From the NCBI GenBank assembly GCA_965235115.1, contig OZ249436.1, forward strand, positions 4,714,001-4,778,000: 64,000 nucleotides of DNA, read 5' to 3'. Positions 1-14,300 of this stretch are shown one piece after another. The stretch comes from Laetmonice hystrix (taxonomy: Eukaryota). The notes beneath the pieces are model-generated. The model was not told where the DNA came from. It made no database searches and saw only the letters and a list, made by a program, of their open reading frames with translations. Position numbers and translations under genes: made by a program. Each line of letters opens with the position of its first letter. The first letter of the stretch is position 1.

Positions 1-234
1 CAGTATGCAATTACACGGGTTGATGGGAGGTTGTCCGCCAAATTATAGCGGGAGATGTGCTATCGGGAGAAATCTATAGGTTTGGTCGTATAGAACCTAC
101 TTGTGCTGCATACACAGCGAAAACACGTCCGAGGACAAAATGCTGTGGTAGGATTATTTACTTGGATCCCTAGTACACGGTCATGTTGGATAATTGCTAA
201 AAATCCTCAAAAACGTGTTTCATAGCATGCCCCT

Positions 235-3200
235 TTAAACAAAACAAACTCTCGACTCCTTTATTTGGCCTACAAACGCAACCCGAGAGGTCGGGATGCA
301 GGTGACGGGCGTCCCCCGGGACACAGTTGAGAGAACGTCGCGAAGGGCCACACCTGATCGACCCGGGTGGACGATAAAGGACCGATTCTTGCCTATGAAA
401 ATATATACTTTGACGCTCTTGTCGACAAGTACACCATCAGTCGTAGCTTCGAAAATACAAGTTACAATCAATGACTACATGTCGGCCTATACAAACGCCG
501 AATTACTTTTTAAACAGAGGAATAAAGAGTGGCAAGGACTGGGAGAACAATGCTACCTACCTACCACCTAACTAGTGCAGCTACCTCTCGCCGTTACACC
601 ACTTCCCGTTTAAAATGCGCGCGCAACATTCATGACGTCATTGACGGGTATTTGACAAGTTTATGACGAGGGAAAAGTGTCAGAAACTCCCTAAATATCA
701 CGAAGTCTTTGACAACCGACAAACTTGTCACCGTTGAAGATGCATTGACGAGGCTTTGACGAGGCTGGGTTTTCTGTGTAATTCCCTTAAAATGACGTCA
801 TTTGGGAAACCCCTCGGCATAGGCATCGGAAGATATTAAAAGTTGGGGGGGGGGGGCAAAGGTCCCAAGTTCCAAGATTTATAATGCTATACAATGAAAA
901 CATGGACCCGTCAAAAATTAGACAAGTTTAGGCTTGTCAATCTGACAGTGTCGAAATCAACAAGTCAACTTGTCATATCCTTGTCAATAACAAGCTTGTC
1001 ATAGCCTTGTCAATAGGCCTAACTAGCTTGTCATATCCTTGTCAATAGGCCTAACTAGCTTGTCATATCCTTGTCAATAAATGTACAGGTCATTTCCAGG
1101 TCACAGGTCATGTTCCTCCGCCTGAGAACTGTTTCCCGTCGTTAGTTGATCCTCCTGACTTTCACTGCAAGGTGCTTCCTGCCCTTCCATCCACGAACCG
1201 TTTCCTGTCCTTGTCTTGAGTGAGTCCTCCCGACCGTCACTGCCGTAATCCTGCTGGAGTCCTGCATGTCCTGATACAAGTACCAATAACTGTTAAAGTT
1301 ATTAAAATAAGTAACGAAATGATTACCATGAACAAAGATTAACATGTTCAAAACAGGTTTGAAGAGTGAGATATTTAAATACTTTTAAAAGGCAGACTTA
1401 GCTACCCCTCTCGACGGATCGACCTTGTGTCCGTTAAGTGCTGGGAATTGTCAAAATTTGTCATTGGGCTTGACTAGGCTAAACTCGTCATTTTGACAAT
1501 CAGTTGACAACTCAAAGTTTTCAGCGTAGTCATGAGAGCGCCGAAGGCGTGAAGCCTCGAGCCCTGGGGGACCTCTCCCAGAGCCCTGGGGGCCCTCTCC
1601 TCGAGCCCTGGGGGCCCTCTTCCAGACAAATCTGAAAATTAAAGTGCCCCCTGACGGTCTGACCATCTCCTGCCACCTTTAGGCTGGAGGGGGCAGGGGC
1701 AAAACTATATACTTCCTGATAGTTCTGTTGGCTGCCGTGTCCACTGTGAAAAACCTACAACCGCGTCCGTAACTGTATCCGTGTCCGCATCCGGACCTGT
1801 GGACACGCAGCTGGGGATCAGACCAATGGCGACGTTAGTCCTCACCTCGAGCTAACATTTTCGTGATATGTGATTTCCGGACAGGAATGAGGGGAAATAT
1901 CGCAGTAGTCACGCCACGTGAGTATAGCAAGTATAGCAAGTCGTTGTATAAACACGTGTTAGTCTCCGCCTACGGTAAGAGTGGAGCAGAATGAATGACT
2001 CCATAAGGAAATCATATCTCCTCAGCCAAAAACACGCTGGAAGGGCACATCTCGCCTATATTTCTACAAATTTGATATGTCTGGTTCGATTTTAACCTTT
2101 TTCATGTCAAACGAAATGTCTTGAAATCGACATCCCATTTCTTAATGTTTACTGGCAGCATATATGAGACGTGCATCAACAGCATCAAGCCACTTAGAAC
2201 ATCCACAGATGTGAACAGATTATCCAATCCCTACAAATAGCTAATTTCATTCCTTTTAATTGTTTTCCATCATACTTGATTTCCAAACTCCTATTCAACA
2301 GACCATTTCTGAGTGTATATTTTGTTGTTGTTGGAGTAACCCTGTTGTGTGCAAGTGTTCTTCGGGACCGCGTGATCGTGGCAGACGTAGTATACCTGTA
2401 CAGTGCAGTAGGTCGGAAATCTGCCTGGACGGAATCGTATGCTATTTGGTGAGTTCTAATTGTTGTGCGGATATGCGTCCACGATTTCCGTAGACAGGGC
2501 TTTCGTTCTTTACAAAGTTTTTTTCGCCTTTATTATAATTTTCAAGAACATAACCTAGAAACTTTTTGAATATAAAAGCTAGCCGCCGCCTCCTCCTTCC
2601 CTTCTTGTTTTTCCTACGTTTGCACTGCCTCATATATTTTCTTGGGAAACCTATACCTATGTACAATAATCGTGAGGTCTTATCTTTCACGTCGACTCGT
2701 ATGAAGTAGGTGTAGATCACACCTATAAACCTAATTCCTCTTAGGTTTTTATTCTCCATGGACTTTGGCAGAGTTTGCCCTTCTACTTTTTTATAAGGCC
2801 CTCCGTGTAAAGGGAAAAGTACAGTTTCTACATTGTCAGTATAGAAGGTTGCCTTATCTACTCAAAATGGGGGCTACTAATGAATGTTTTACTTAGATAT
2901 AATGCTGACGGCATAGATATTGCTTCTTTCCTTGTCTCATTGCCTTCAACGTAATCTCCCGTTCGCTGCCCACGCATAGCGTGTCATAGATGCAAGGAAT
3001 CGCAGACGGCAAACAGTGATTCCATTTACAGAGTTACTGATAACATGATAGTTTTGTCGGGCCCATTAAAAGATTTGGTATTATCATAGTTATAGAAGGA
3101 CCATTAAAAGATTAAATTGAGACAGAAACAACAGTACCGATATGAGAAAAAGTAGTGTGATAGTCATTAAATAAATACCATTAGGGGGATCACTACCTTA

Positions 3201-3821
3201 GACCTCCTCTAGATCGGACGTTTGCCATGAACATATCATCTAATCTTTGTATTGGCTAGCCTTAGAATAGAGCAATCACAACACTGAGGGCTTCCTACAT
3301 GTATTGACTGGCCTTATACTCGAGCAAACACTACAGTGAGGCTTCCCTACATGTATTGGCCGGCCTCATACTCGAGCAAACACTACAGTGAGGGCTCCCA
3401 ACATGTACTGACTGGCCTCATACTCGAACAAACACTACAGTGAGGGCTCCCAACATGTACTGACTGGCCTCATACTCGAACAAACACTACAGTGAGGGCT
3501 CCCAACATGTACTGACTGGCCTCATACTCGAGCAAACACTACAGTGAGGGCTCCCAACATGTACTGACTGGCCTCATACTCGAACAAACACTACAGTGAG
3601 GGCTCCCAACATGTACTGACTGGCCTCATACTCGAGCAAACACTACAGTGAGGGCTCCCAACATGTACTGACTGGCCTCATACTCGAGCAAACACTACAG
3701 TGAGGGCTCCCAACATGTACTGACTGGCCTCATACTCGAGCAAACACTACAGTGAGGGCTCCCAACATGTACTGACTGGCCTCATACTCGAGCAAACACT
3801 ACAGTGAGGGCTCCCAACATG
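235..3821. repeat. Copy A of a ~3.6 kb local direct duplication
   Basis: From 235 (ttaaacaaaacaaactctcg) the sequence matches that from 3995 almost base for base. Duplicated ORF pairs include 296..571/4056..4331 and 2260..2493/6122..6355. The copy ends in the 52-bp array. Confidence 0.9.
3270..3821. repeat. 52-bp minisatellite, ~10 copies
   Basis: Unit ggcctcatactcgagcaaacactacagtgagggctcccaacatgtactgact; period 52 (3421 vs 3473). Confidence 0.95.
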
Positions 3822-5595
3822 TCTTACTCTTACTCTTAGGTGCGCCGTAGACACACTGCAAAATGATAATCTAACCCTGGAGTGGAGTCAGTTGAGTCAG
3901 TCAGGACCTGACCCCCCCCCCCCCCCCGACCCGCCATTGGAATAGGGATACTGGATAGATATGCCTATAGGCCCGCTCCTATTCATATTGGCTATTAAAC
4001 AAAACAAACTCTCGACTCCTTTATTTGGCCTACAAACGCGACCCGAGAGGTTGGGATGCAGGTGACGGGCGTCCCCCGGGACACAGTTGGGAGAACGCCG
4101 CGAAGGGCCACACCTGATCGACCCGGGTGGACGATAAAGGACCGATTCTTGCCTATGAAAATATATACTTTGACGCTCTTGTCGACAAGTACACCATCAG
4201 TCGTAGCTTCGAAAATACAAGTTACAATCAATGACTACATGTCGGCCTATACATACGCCGAATTATTTTTTAAACAGAGGAATAAAGAGTGGCAAGGACT
4301 GGGAGAACAATGCTACCTACCTACCACCTAACTAGTGCAGCTACCTCTCGCCGTTACACCACTTCCCGTTTAAAATGCGCGCGCAACATTCATGACGTCA
4401 TTGACGGGTATTTGACAAGTTTATGACGAGGGAAAAGTGTCAGAAACTCCCTAAATATCACGAAGTCTTTGACAACCGACAAACTTGTCACCGTTGAAGA
4501 TGCATTGACGAGGCTTTGACGAGGCTGGGTTTTCTGTGTAATTCCCTTGAAAAGACGTCATTTGGGAAACCCCTCGGCATAGGCATCGGAAGATATTAAA
4601 AGTTGGGGGGGGGGGGGCAAAGACCAAATCATAGGTCCCAAGTTCCAAGATTTGAAATGCTCTACAATGAAAACATGGACCCGTCAAAAATTAGACAAGT
4701 TTAGGCTTGTCAATCTGACAGTGTCGAAATCAACAAGTCAATTTGTCATATCCTTGTCAATAACAAGCTTGTCATAGCCTTGTCAATAGGCCTCTACTTG
4801 CTTGTCATATCCTTGTCAATAAATGTACAGGTCATTTCCAGGTCACAGGTCATGTTCCTCCGCCTGAGAACTGTTTCCCGTCGTTAGTTGATCCTCCTGA
4901 CTCTCACTGCAAGGTGCTTCCTGCCCTTCCATCCAGTGAGTCCTCCCGACCGTCACTGCCGTAATCCTGCTGGAGTCCTGCATGTCCTGATACAAGTACC
5001 AATAACTGTTAAAGTTATTAAAATAAGTAACGAAATGATTACCATGAACAAAGATTAACATGTTCAAAACAGGTTTGAAGAGTGAGATATTTAAATACTT
5101 TTAAAAAGCAGACTTAGCTATTACGTACCCCTCTCGACGGATCGACCTTGTGTCCGTTAAGTGCTGGGAATTGTCAAAATTTGTCATTGGGCTTGACTAG
5201 GCTAAACTCGTCATTTTGACAATCAGTTGACAACTCAAAGTTTTCAGCGTAGTCATGAGAGCGCCGAAGGCGTGAAGCCTCGAGCGGGGGGTCTGGGGGC
5301 CCTCTTCCAGAAAAATCTGAAAATTAAAGTGCCCCCTGACGGTCTGACCATCTCCTGCCACCTTTAGGCTGGAGGGGGGGGCAAAACTATATACTTCCTG
5401 ATAGTTCTAGTGTTGGCTGCCATGTCCACTGTGAAAAACCTACAACCGCGTCCGTAACTGTATCCGTGTCCGCATCCGGACCTGTGGACACGCAGCTGGG
5501 GATCAGACGAATGGCGACGTTAGTCCTCACCTCGAGCTAACATTTTCGTGATATGTGATTTCCGGACAGGAATGAGGGGAAATATCGCATTAGTT

Positions 5596-5750
5596 ACGCC
5601 ACGTGAGTATAGCAAGTCGTTGTATCACGCCACGTGAGTATAGCAAGTCGTTGTATCACGCCACGTGAGTATAGCAAGTCGTTGTATCACCCCACGTGAG
5701 TATAGCAAGTCGTTGTATCACGCCACGTGAGTATAGCAAGTCGTTGTATA
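5596..5750. repeat. 31-bp tandem repeat x5, each unit containing CACGTG
   Basis: Unit acgccacgtgagtatagcaagtcgttgtatc; a single unit sits at the paralogous site near 1910. Confidence 0.9.
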
Positions 5751-6637
5751 AACACGTGTTAGTCTCCGCCTACGGTAAGAGTGGAGCAGAATGAATGACT
5801 CCGTAAGGAAATCATATCTCCTCAGCCAAAAACACGCTGGAAGGGCACATCTCGCCTATATTTCTACAAATTTGATATGTCTGGTTCGATTTTAACCTTT
5901 TGCATGTCAAACGAAATGTCTTGAAATCGACATCCCATTTCTTAATGTTTACTGGCAGCATATATGAGACGTGCTTTATTATAACTAAAGATCTAAGGCC
6001 CTGTGTTTGGGCGAGAACTGGACGCACTATGCATCAACAGCATCAAGCCACTTAGAACATCCACAGATGTGAACAGATTATCCAATCCCTGACTACAAAT
6101 AGCTAATTTCATTCCTTTTAATTGTTTTCCATCATACTTGATTTCCAAACTCCTATTCAACAGACCATTTCTGAGTGTATATTTTGTTATTGTTGGAGTA
6201 ACCCTGTTGTGTGCAAGTGTTCTTCGGGACCGCGTGATCGTGGCAGACGTAGTATACCTGTACAGTGCAGTAGGTCGGAAATCTGCCTGGACGGAATCGT
6301 ATGCTATATGGTGAGTTCTAATTGTTGTGCGGATATGCGTCCACGATTTCCGTAGACAGGGCTTTCGTTCTTTACAAAGTTTTTTTCGCCTTTATTATAA
6401 TTTTCAAGAACATAACCTAGAAACTTTTTGAATATAAAAGCTAGCAGCCGCCTCCTCCTCCCCTTCTTGTTTTTCTTACGTTTGGACTGCCTCATATATT
6501 TTCTTGGGAAACCTATACGTTGCAGACACAGACGAAAAGCTGACTAAGCGATCATGTACAATAATCGTGAGGTCTTATCTTTCACGTCGACTCGTATGAA
6601 GCAGGTGTAGATCACACCTATAAACCTAATTCCTTTA

Positions 6638-7554
6638 TACCCCCGTCACACTTATTCGGAATCAGCAGGAATCAAGCAGAACCAGCCGGAATGAAGAATT
6701 CTCAAAATTCGCGCCACATTCGGGAGGGAATTTCAAATTGACCAAAATTCTTACCGCTTTGTAAGAATAGCGTTTGAATACCTAGAATGCGCTTCGAACC
6801 CGCCTCGAATGATTCTTGTACATTCCGGGTGTATTAGCTCGAATGCAGCTCGAATGTAGTTGGAACACAGTAGGAATATTTAGAATATTGTTAGAATGCA
6901 GTCAGAATATTTAGAATGCACCTCGAATGCCGTACGAGTGCGGTTCGATTGCTGCCCAAATACCGCCCGATGTCTGGATGGAAGGTGCCTCGAATGCTGT
7001 ACGAATTCACCTCAAATGCAGTCAGAACGCTGCCGGAATGGCCGCCGAATATGGTTCGAACGTCCAAAAATTCAAACAGAATGCAGCTCGAACACTTAGA
7101 ATGCACTTCGAATGTACTTAGAATGTAACACGAATCTTCGAGTATAGATTCCGGCAACAATCGAGATGCATTCGAGGTGCATTCCGGCTCATTCGAGGCG
7201 CATTCGGGACATTCTGGCAGGATTTGAAGTGGCTTGCCGTTTCGATTCTGCCTCGAATGCGATCAGAATGTTTCGAATGCTGTTGGAATGCCGTAAGAAT
7301 ATTTAGAATGGAGTCAGAGTGCATTTAGAATACACTTCGAATGCCGTTCGATATTTTTCCCCTTCGAATGTACCTCGAAAGTTTTGAGCATGAGCAAAAC
7401 ATTCGGGCCGGCCACAAGGATGGGCCCGAATATTTGGAATGCACTCAGAATGCAGTCAGAACTTTTAGAATGCACTTCGAATATCCAGGAATATACCAAG
7501 AATTTTCATTCCGACAGCATTTTGGCTCATTCCGTCTCTAGTGTGACTAGGGTA
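6638..7554. mobile_element. Non-autonomous PIF/Harbinger-type MITE (917 bp)
   Basis: TIRs tacccccgtcacact / agtgtgactagggta flanked by TTA on both sides. Copy A has the empty site with one TTA (~2741). The interior is rich in cgaatg/cattcg motifs. Confidence 0.85.
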
Positions 7555-8059
7555 TTAGGTTTTTATTCTCCATGGACTTTGGCAGAGTTTGCCCTTCTAC
7601 TTTTTTATAAGGCCCTCCGTGTAAAGGGAAAAGTACAGTTTCTACATTGTCAGTATAGAAGGTTGCCTTATCTACTCAAAATGGGGGCTACTAATGAATG
7701 TGTTACTTAGATATAATGCTGACAGCATAGATATTACTTCTTTCCTTGTCTCATTGCCTTCAACGTAATCTCCCGTTCGCTGCCCACGCATAGCGTGTCA
7801 TAGATGCAAGGAATCGCAGACGGCAAACAGTGATTCCATTTACAGAGTTACTGATAACATGATAGTTTTGTCGGGCCCATTAAAAGATTTGGTATTATCA
7901 TAGTTATAGAAGGACCATTAAAAGATTAAATTGAGACAGAGACAACAGTACCGATATGAGAAAAGGTAGTGTGATAGTCATTAAATAAATACCATTAGGG
8001 GGATCACTACCTCTAGATCGGACGTTTACCATGAACATATCATCTAATCTTTGTATTGG

Positions 8060-9600
8060 CTAGCCTTAGAATGGAGCAATCACTACACTGAGGGCTTCCT
8101 ACATGTATTGACTGGCCTTATACTCGAGCAAACACTACAGTGAGGCTTCCCTACATGTATTGGCCGGCCTCATACTCGAGCAAACACTACAGTGAGGGCT
8201 CCCAACATGTACTGACTGGCCTTATACTCGAACAAACACTACAATGAGGGCTCCCAACATGTACTGACTGGCCTTATACTCGAGCAAACACTACAGTGAG
8301 TACTCTGTACTTGTATTGGCTGGCCTTTGACTGGAGCAAGCACTACAGTGAGGCCTCTCTACATGTATTAACTGGCCTTACACTCAAGCAAACACTACAG
8401 TGAGGGCTCTCTACATGTATTGACTGAACTTAGACTGAAGCAAACACTACAGTGAGGCCTCTCTACATGTATTAACTGGCCTTACACTCAAGCAAACACT
8501 ACAGTGAGGGCTCTCTACATGTATTGACTGAACTTAGACTGAAGCAAACACTACAGTGAGGCCTCTCTACATGTATTAACTGGCCTTACACTCAAGCAAA
8601 CACTACAGTGAGGGCTCCCGACATGTATTAACTGGCCTTACACTCAAGCAAACACTACAGTGAGGCCTCTCTACATGTATTAACTGGCCTTACACTCGAG
8701 CAAACACTACAGTGAGGGCTCTCTACATGTATTGACTGAACTTAGACTGAAGCAAACACTACAGTGAGGCCTCCCTACATGTATTAACTGGCCTTACACT
8801 CGAGCAAACACTACAGTGAGGGCTCCCTACATGTATTGACTGAGCTTAGACTGAAGCAAACACTACAGTGATGGCTCCCTACATGTATTGACCTGCCTCA
8901 GCCTGGAGCAAACACTACAGGAGGGCTCTCTACATGTATTGACTGAGCTTAGACTAAAGCAAAGACGACAGTGAGGGTTCACTACATGTATTGACTGGCC
9001 TTATACTCGACCATACACTACAGTGAGAGCTCCCTACATGTATTGAATGCCCTTGGGCTGGAGCAAGCACTACAGTGAGGGCTGCCCACATGGACTGACT
9101 GACCTTATACTCGAGCAAACACTACAGGGAGGGCTCACTACCTGTACTGACGGAGCTTAGACTGAAGCAAACACTACAGTGAGGTCTCCCTACATGTATT
9201 AACTGGCCTTACACTCGAGCAAACACTACAGTGAGGGCTCCCTACATGTATTGACTGAGCTTAGACTGAAACAAACACTACAGTGATGGCCCCCTACGTG
9301 TATTAACTGGCCTTACACTCGAGCAAACACTACAGTGAGGGATCCCTATATGTATTGACCTGCCTCAGCCTGGAGCAAACACTACAGGAGGGCTCTCTAC
9401 ATGTATTGACTGAGCTTAGACTAAAGCAAAGACGACAGTGAGGGTTCACTACATGTATTGAATGCCCTTGGGCTGGAGCAAACACTACAGTGAGGGCTCC
9501 TTACATGTACTTGCTGGCCTTATACTCTAGCAAACACTACAGTGAGGGTTCCCAACATGTACTGTCTGGCATTATACTCGAGCAAACACTACGGTGAGCT
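8060..9600. repeat. 52-bp minisatellite, ~29 diverged copies (same family as 3270-3821)
   Basis: Repeated core gcaaacactacagtgag...acatgta. Confidence 0.95.
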
Positions 9601-9929
9601 CTACATACATTCGTGTCTTTGAAGAAACGCTCATGTTGATAAGCAATTCGTCTGCTTCAACTTGTAATCTTTACTGAGGAGCCACTCTTCTTGATTCCGA
9701 TATGGCCGAGCTCTCCTACGCCATTCATTATCCCTATCCCCATCCACTAGATTTCTTTAAAAAATTACCCCCCACCCCCCCTTTACTATAACAATAATTG
9801 TAGCCCTGAAGATTCGTGAAGAGTGCGGATCTGCCGTTGGGGAAGTTTCCAATGCTGCTAAGTTCCGGAAGGTAAATCTGTCTGCAGGATACCGACGTGA
9901 TGAGAGACGCGCCTTTGTCTGGAGATCAG

Positions 9930-10152
9930 CTGGAGATCGTTTCACTGATGTCCGATTTCCACCGGACGCGAGCTAGCCATTTGTTTTGGTGCGCACGCGC
10001 GTCAAAAGTAGGAATAGATTGCAGTAATTTCCACCAGATGCGAGCGCGGCATGGTGTGTGCGTGCGCGAATTGTGGAAATCACTGCAATCACTTCAACTA
10101 TTTCTACTTTTGACGTCCGGTGGAAATCCCGCATTAGTGAAACGGGGCCCAG
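9930..10152. mobile_element. Short palindromic MITE
   Basis: Left end ctggagatcgtttcactgatgtccgatttccaccggacg is an imperfect inverted match to right end cgtccggtggaaatcccgcattagtgaaacggggcccag; internal arms are also inverted. Confidence 0.6.
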
Positions 10153-10924
10153 GTGACGGTTTATTCCGACGGAGTTCTATATCAGCTTCGATCACAAAAG
10201 ATTGGACGGGAAGAGTGTAGGATTTGTGCATATATCCGCTTATAACGGGTGATCTCCAACTTCCCCACTTCGCCGAATAACTTAGGTGTGATTAATTATC
10301 CAAGAAAATGATAATGATAAAGAAAATGATACACTAACGTTTTATTGATAGAGTTACATTTTTAGCTGTGATTTTGACGACACTGATGAAGACAATGAAG
10401 AGCCATACAAACTCATAGCACGTTGATTTCGTCTGACATGTCATGCAGGCAGTTTGCACGAAGGAGTAGTTTTTCGTGGGGCACACGATCCACGCTCAAG
10501 AAAACGTTTCTTATGTTGCCAAGGTCAGTGCGTTCATCGCACATGCACGTGAGCAGTTGGCTCATACATTGAGGCATGCCTTGTTTTGATTGTCGAATCT
10601 TATAGGGCATGTCAGCCCAGCTTCGTAGGGGCACTTATTTAAGAGAAATAGTGTTCGAACGGGAACTGACCCCCCTCCCTAAACTGGCCTGCAAACCTGA
10701 TAGACAGAGACGTGTGACAGCGCCCTTAGACAATCAAATTTATTTATTTATATCGCTACTATCGCCTCAGAAATATATATGGACCGGTTTTTCAGTCGTT
10801 AGGCAAGTCCCTTGTTTAACTTTAGCCATCAACGGACTGTCTAACTGCCTGCAACAACAAAAAACGGTTAGGCAAGGTCAGTGACTACTTGGGGGTCTCA
10901 AATGTGACCAAGAACCCGGCCCTG

Positions 10925-11073
10925 CAGGGGCGGATCCAGGGTTTTGGTAAGGGGGGTTAAGGGAGGAATTTGCTTAGGGGGGCTTAACATGGTCAATTCA
11001 GAAAGTTCAATGGAGAAAAAAAGAAAAACTGGCTGCCGAGGGGTTACCCCCCCCCCCCCCCCAATCTGCCCTG
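10925..11073. mobile_element. Short G/C-tract MITE-like element of the CAGGGGCGGATCCAG type
   Basis: Starts caggggcggatccagg and ends aatctgccctg. Related ends occur at 39369, ~40650 and 59131. No clear TSD. Confidence 0.45.
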
Positions 11074-12094
11074 GCTTCCCTTGTTCAGTCCCCAGATAAC
11101 TCGACCAGTAGGGGGGAGTAGTCGACAGTCGACTATTTAGTCGGGGGAGTCAGTACGTGTATCATTATGCAGGGTTTCCTGCAGGCCCTTTTTTTTTGGG
11201 GGGGGGGAGACTCCCCCCCCCCCATTATTCAGCTACTCCCTCCCCCCCCCCCAAAAAAAAAATTCCAGAGGGAAATATTTTGCATTACTCCCCCCCCCCC
11301 CCCCAATGGACACGTTGAAAGTTTTCCTGAAGTGACCGGGTATAAAATTCGAGGGCTGTTTATTTTTTACTGAAGATGTAAAAACCACTTGTTTGTTAGT
11401 TCTCACAATATGACGTCATGCACACTTCAGAGAAATACATTCTCACAATATGAGACTCTATGAAGTCATGCACACTTCAGAGAAATGCAGGATAACTATC
11501 TATGACAGGGATTAGTGGCGACAACGTACACAACGACAAGTTATTATTAAAGATATTCTTATCGGAGCATTACTATTATTGAGAATGTAATTATACTCCG
11601 ATATCAAATTAAACCTGTGGGATTGTATTTTTTGCATGTTAATTATTACTCCAACATTAATTAATGTCAAAATTTCACAACGGAAATACATGTTTATTTG
11701 ACATGAGCAAGAAGGTGCAGGCTATCCAATAAAACTGCGTATGATATTACGGCATTAATCTTGTGTTGATGTGAAACTTCCTAATGTGTCAAAGGAACCA
11801 TTCGTAGGCCATGTACCAGCGTAGATAAGCCTGTCCCTGGAGGGACGAATCCAGGAATGTTAAAAGATCGGTTTAAAGGGGAGATTCTGGCAGAAGGGGG
11901 CGCAACAGGGTCGAATTCGATCTTAAAGACAAAGGCTTGTCAACATTCACACTTGGCCCGCCGCAAGGCCTCCATGTATACTCACCTTTCACAGAAGTGG
12001 TTGGAAATAAATGCCCCCCCCCCCCCCATTCCAAGAAGTCATGACAAGCGTGTAAAAATCACCGGCTTTACCAGCGCAGCCATTGTGGCACTGT

Positions 12095-12318
12095 CCGGAA
12101 GTCCGTTTACGTCACAGTGCTATTAAGGTTCCGGTCTATATCTATTTGAGCATGCGCCTACTGCTGTCTGCTGCCAGCAAGAGAGCGGACCGAAACTACA
12201 GTCGCCCGGTTGGCAATATGGCAGGGTCTGGGGCGGCAGGGAGACAGATGTGACTATTGTGTACTACATATAGCTGCAATACCAGCTATACGGGCAGACA
12301 ATACGAATCTACATTGAA
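12095..12318 (+). promoter_or_regulatory. Candidate housekeeping-type promoter and non-coding first exon, probably of the GST gene
   Basis: Cluster of CCGGAAGT (ETS, 12095), TTACGTCA (CRE-like, 12107), GCATGCGC (NRF1-like, 12150) and AACTACAGTCGCCC (ZNF143-like, 12194). A donor gaa|GTAGGT follows at 12319, and an acceptor gttgttcag| lies at 14269 just upstream of the GST ATG. Confidence 0.45.
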
Positions 12319-13380
12319 GTAGGTGGTATGGGGAATGTTGAAAACTGGCCATCACTTGCTGTGATAGGCTATTGTATTAATTCATATGAACGGGGCTATC
12401 ATATACTGCATGCTTAATCGGTGTGATTCGACGTCCGCTGGCCACAGATAAATCCTTCATGAAAACGTTTCGATTAAAAACATGCACATCAATCTGCATG
12501 TTTCATGCCCACTCGCTTTCCATGGATGATAGAGAATATACAATACAATAGTAAACTGAGACACTTCTTGATTTCAATGAAAGAAAGAGAAGCTGATGTT
12601 AAAGGTGCTATTCGTCTCGCACAGAATGACATTTCTCCTATCATACATTGTGCACATAGTACTAGAAAAAATTCCTACCGATACCATTGGCCTGATAAAC
12701 CTTCTATTAGTTTGTGTGCAGCATTTGAAACCTATCTCGGTGCGCACCGAGATAGAGCCATTTCCTATGGTGGGGCGTGTCAGAGTCTCCACAGGCCTTC
12801 TGAGAGAGCCCCATTTGTGCCGTTATCCATGAAAATTTTTGATTTCCTTTGGTTTGAATATATTTCCATGATATACGTCAACAAAATTAAAAATAAAAAA
12901 ATTGAATTTTTTTTCACGAATAGCACCTTTAAGCTGCCCCACAAAAATAGGGTATTCATCGTCAAAGAGACGTCCTGAACTGAATCGCGATTGATGAATA
13001 TTATGATCAGTGACTGTTTAATAATGGGCAATATTTTACGGAAAGTCTTATCCGAACGGGAGAAACATCAAGATAAGAAGGCCTATACAATCAGACCGTC
13101 GTCCAAATATGTGCATCTTTAATCCTTAAGTTTCATAATCCGAATAATGTTCTGTGGGCATCAAGCTGTTCGTAAAAGAACACTTGCCTGTTCTCAATAA
13201 TAGTAGGGCGTATCGTCCCGGTGCGCGGGTTCCCTGTGCCATCAACGCACGGGAAAAACAAATATTCGTTCCCGTCTTCACGATGGCCAACAGTTGCTGA
13301 ATGTTACTCATTGTCTCTGGGAGCTACTAAATCACAAAATCGATGAAGACACTGACTTATCACCGCAAACTTGTGTCCTG

Positions 13381-14040
13381 TGGCAACCTACAGTTGACAG
13401 ATGGCAACCTACAGTTGACAGATGGTAACCTACAGTTGACAGATGGTAACCTGCAGTTGGCAGATGGCAACCTACAGTTGGCAGATGGTAACCTGCAGTT
13501 GACAGATGGCAACCTACAGTTGACAGATGGTAACCTGCAGTTGGCAGATGGCAACCTACAGTTGGCAGATGGCAACCTACAGTTGGCAGATGGCAACCTA
13601 CAGTTGACAGATGGTGACCTGCAGTTGGCAGATGGTAACCTACAGTTGGCAGATGGTAACCTGCAGTTGACAGATGGCAACCTACAGTTGGCAGATGGTA
13701 ACCTGCAGTTGACAGATGGCAACCTACAGTTGACAGATGGTAACCTGCAGTTGGCAGATGGTAACCTGCAGTTGACAGATGGTAACCTACAGTTGGCAGA
13801 TGGCAACCTACAGTTGACAGATGGCAACCTACAGTTTGCAGATGGTAACCTACAGTTGGCAGATGGCAACCTACAGTTGGCAGATGGTAACCTACAGTTG
13901 ACAGATGGCAACCTACAGTTGACAGATGGCAACCTACAGTTGGCAGATGGTAACCTGTAGTTGGCAGATGGTAACCTGCAGTTGACAGATGGCAACCTAC
14001 AGTTGACAGATGGCAACCTACAGTTGGCAGATGGCAACCA
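13381..14040. repeat. 21-bp minisatellite, ~31 copies
   Basis: Unit tggcaacctacagttgacaga with variants. Confidence 0.95.
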
Positions 14041-14300
14041 CCAGCCTGTAGGTGATAACTTGCGACCTGCGCGTGCATGGTGGGTGCCCACAGGACCCCG
14101 GAAATTAGGGCTATTCAGATATGCGGGTTCTTTCATACGGCCAGCATATTGGACTACACCCGTACCAACCCCGCAGAATGCAAGCAGCGACAAGCCTTCC
14201 AGGGCAGAATGATGCCCTATAAAAGTCTGCTTTTAGAAACCTTAGGAGAACAGGGTAGTCGTTGTTCAGGAGACAAGTCGCCAAGGTTACTGACAATAGG

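Larger units (their letters stand above)
3995..9600. repeat. Copy B of the local duplication, longer through a MITE insertion and array expansions
   Basis: Colinear with 235-3821. It has an extra MITE (6638-7554), extra segments near 5974-6029 and 6518-6553, a 5-copy 31-bp array and a longer 52-bp array. Confidence 0.9.

Noticed and set aside
2442..2759. Basic ORF (KRRKNKKGRRRRR) in the duplication
   Set aside because: Disrupted by indels in the second copy, with no splice or homology support.
12505..12978. 157-aa ORF
   Set aside because: No recognisable motif; probably intronic or a decayed repeat.
13332..14212. Repeat-protein ORFs (DGNLQLT, CRLPSAN)
   Set aside because: A 21-bp satellite open in several frames, lying in the probable 5' UTR intron of the GST.
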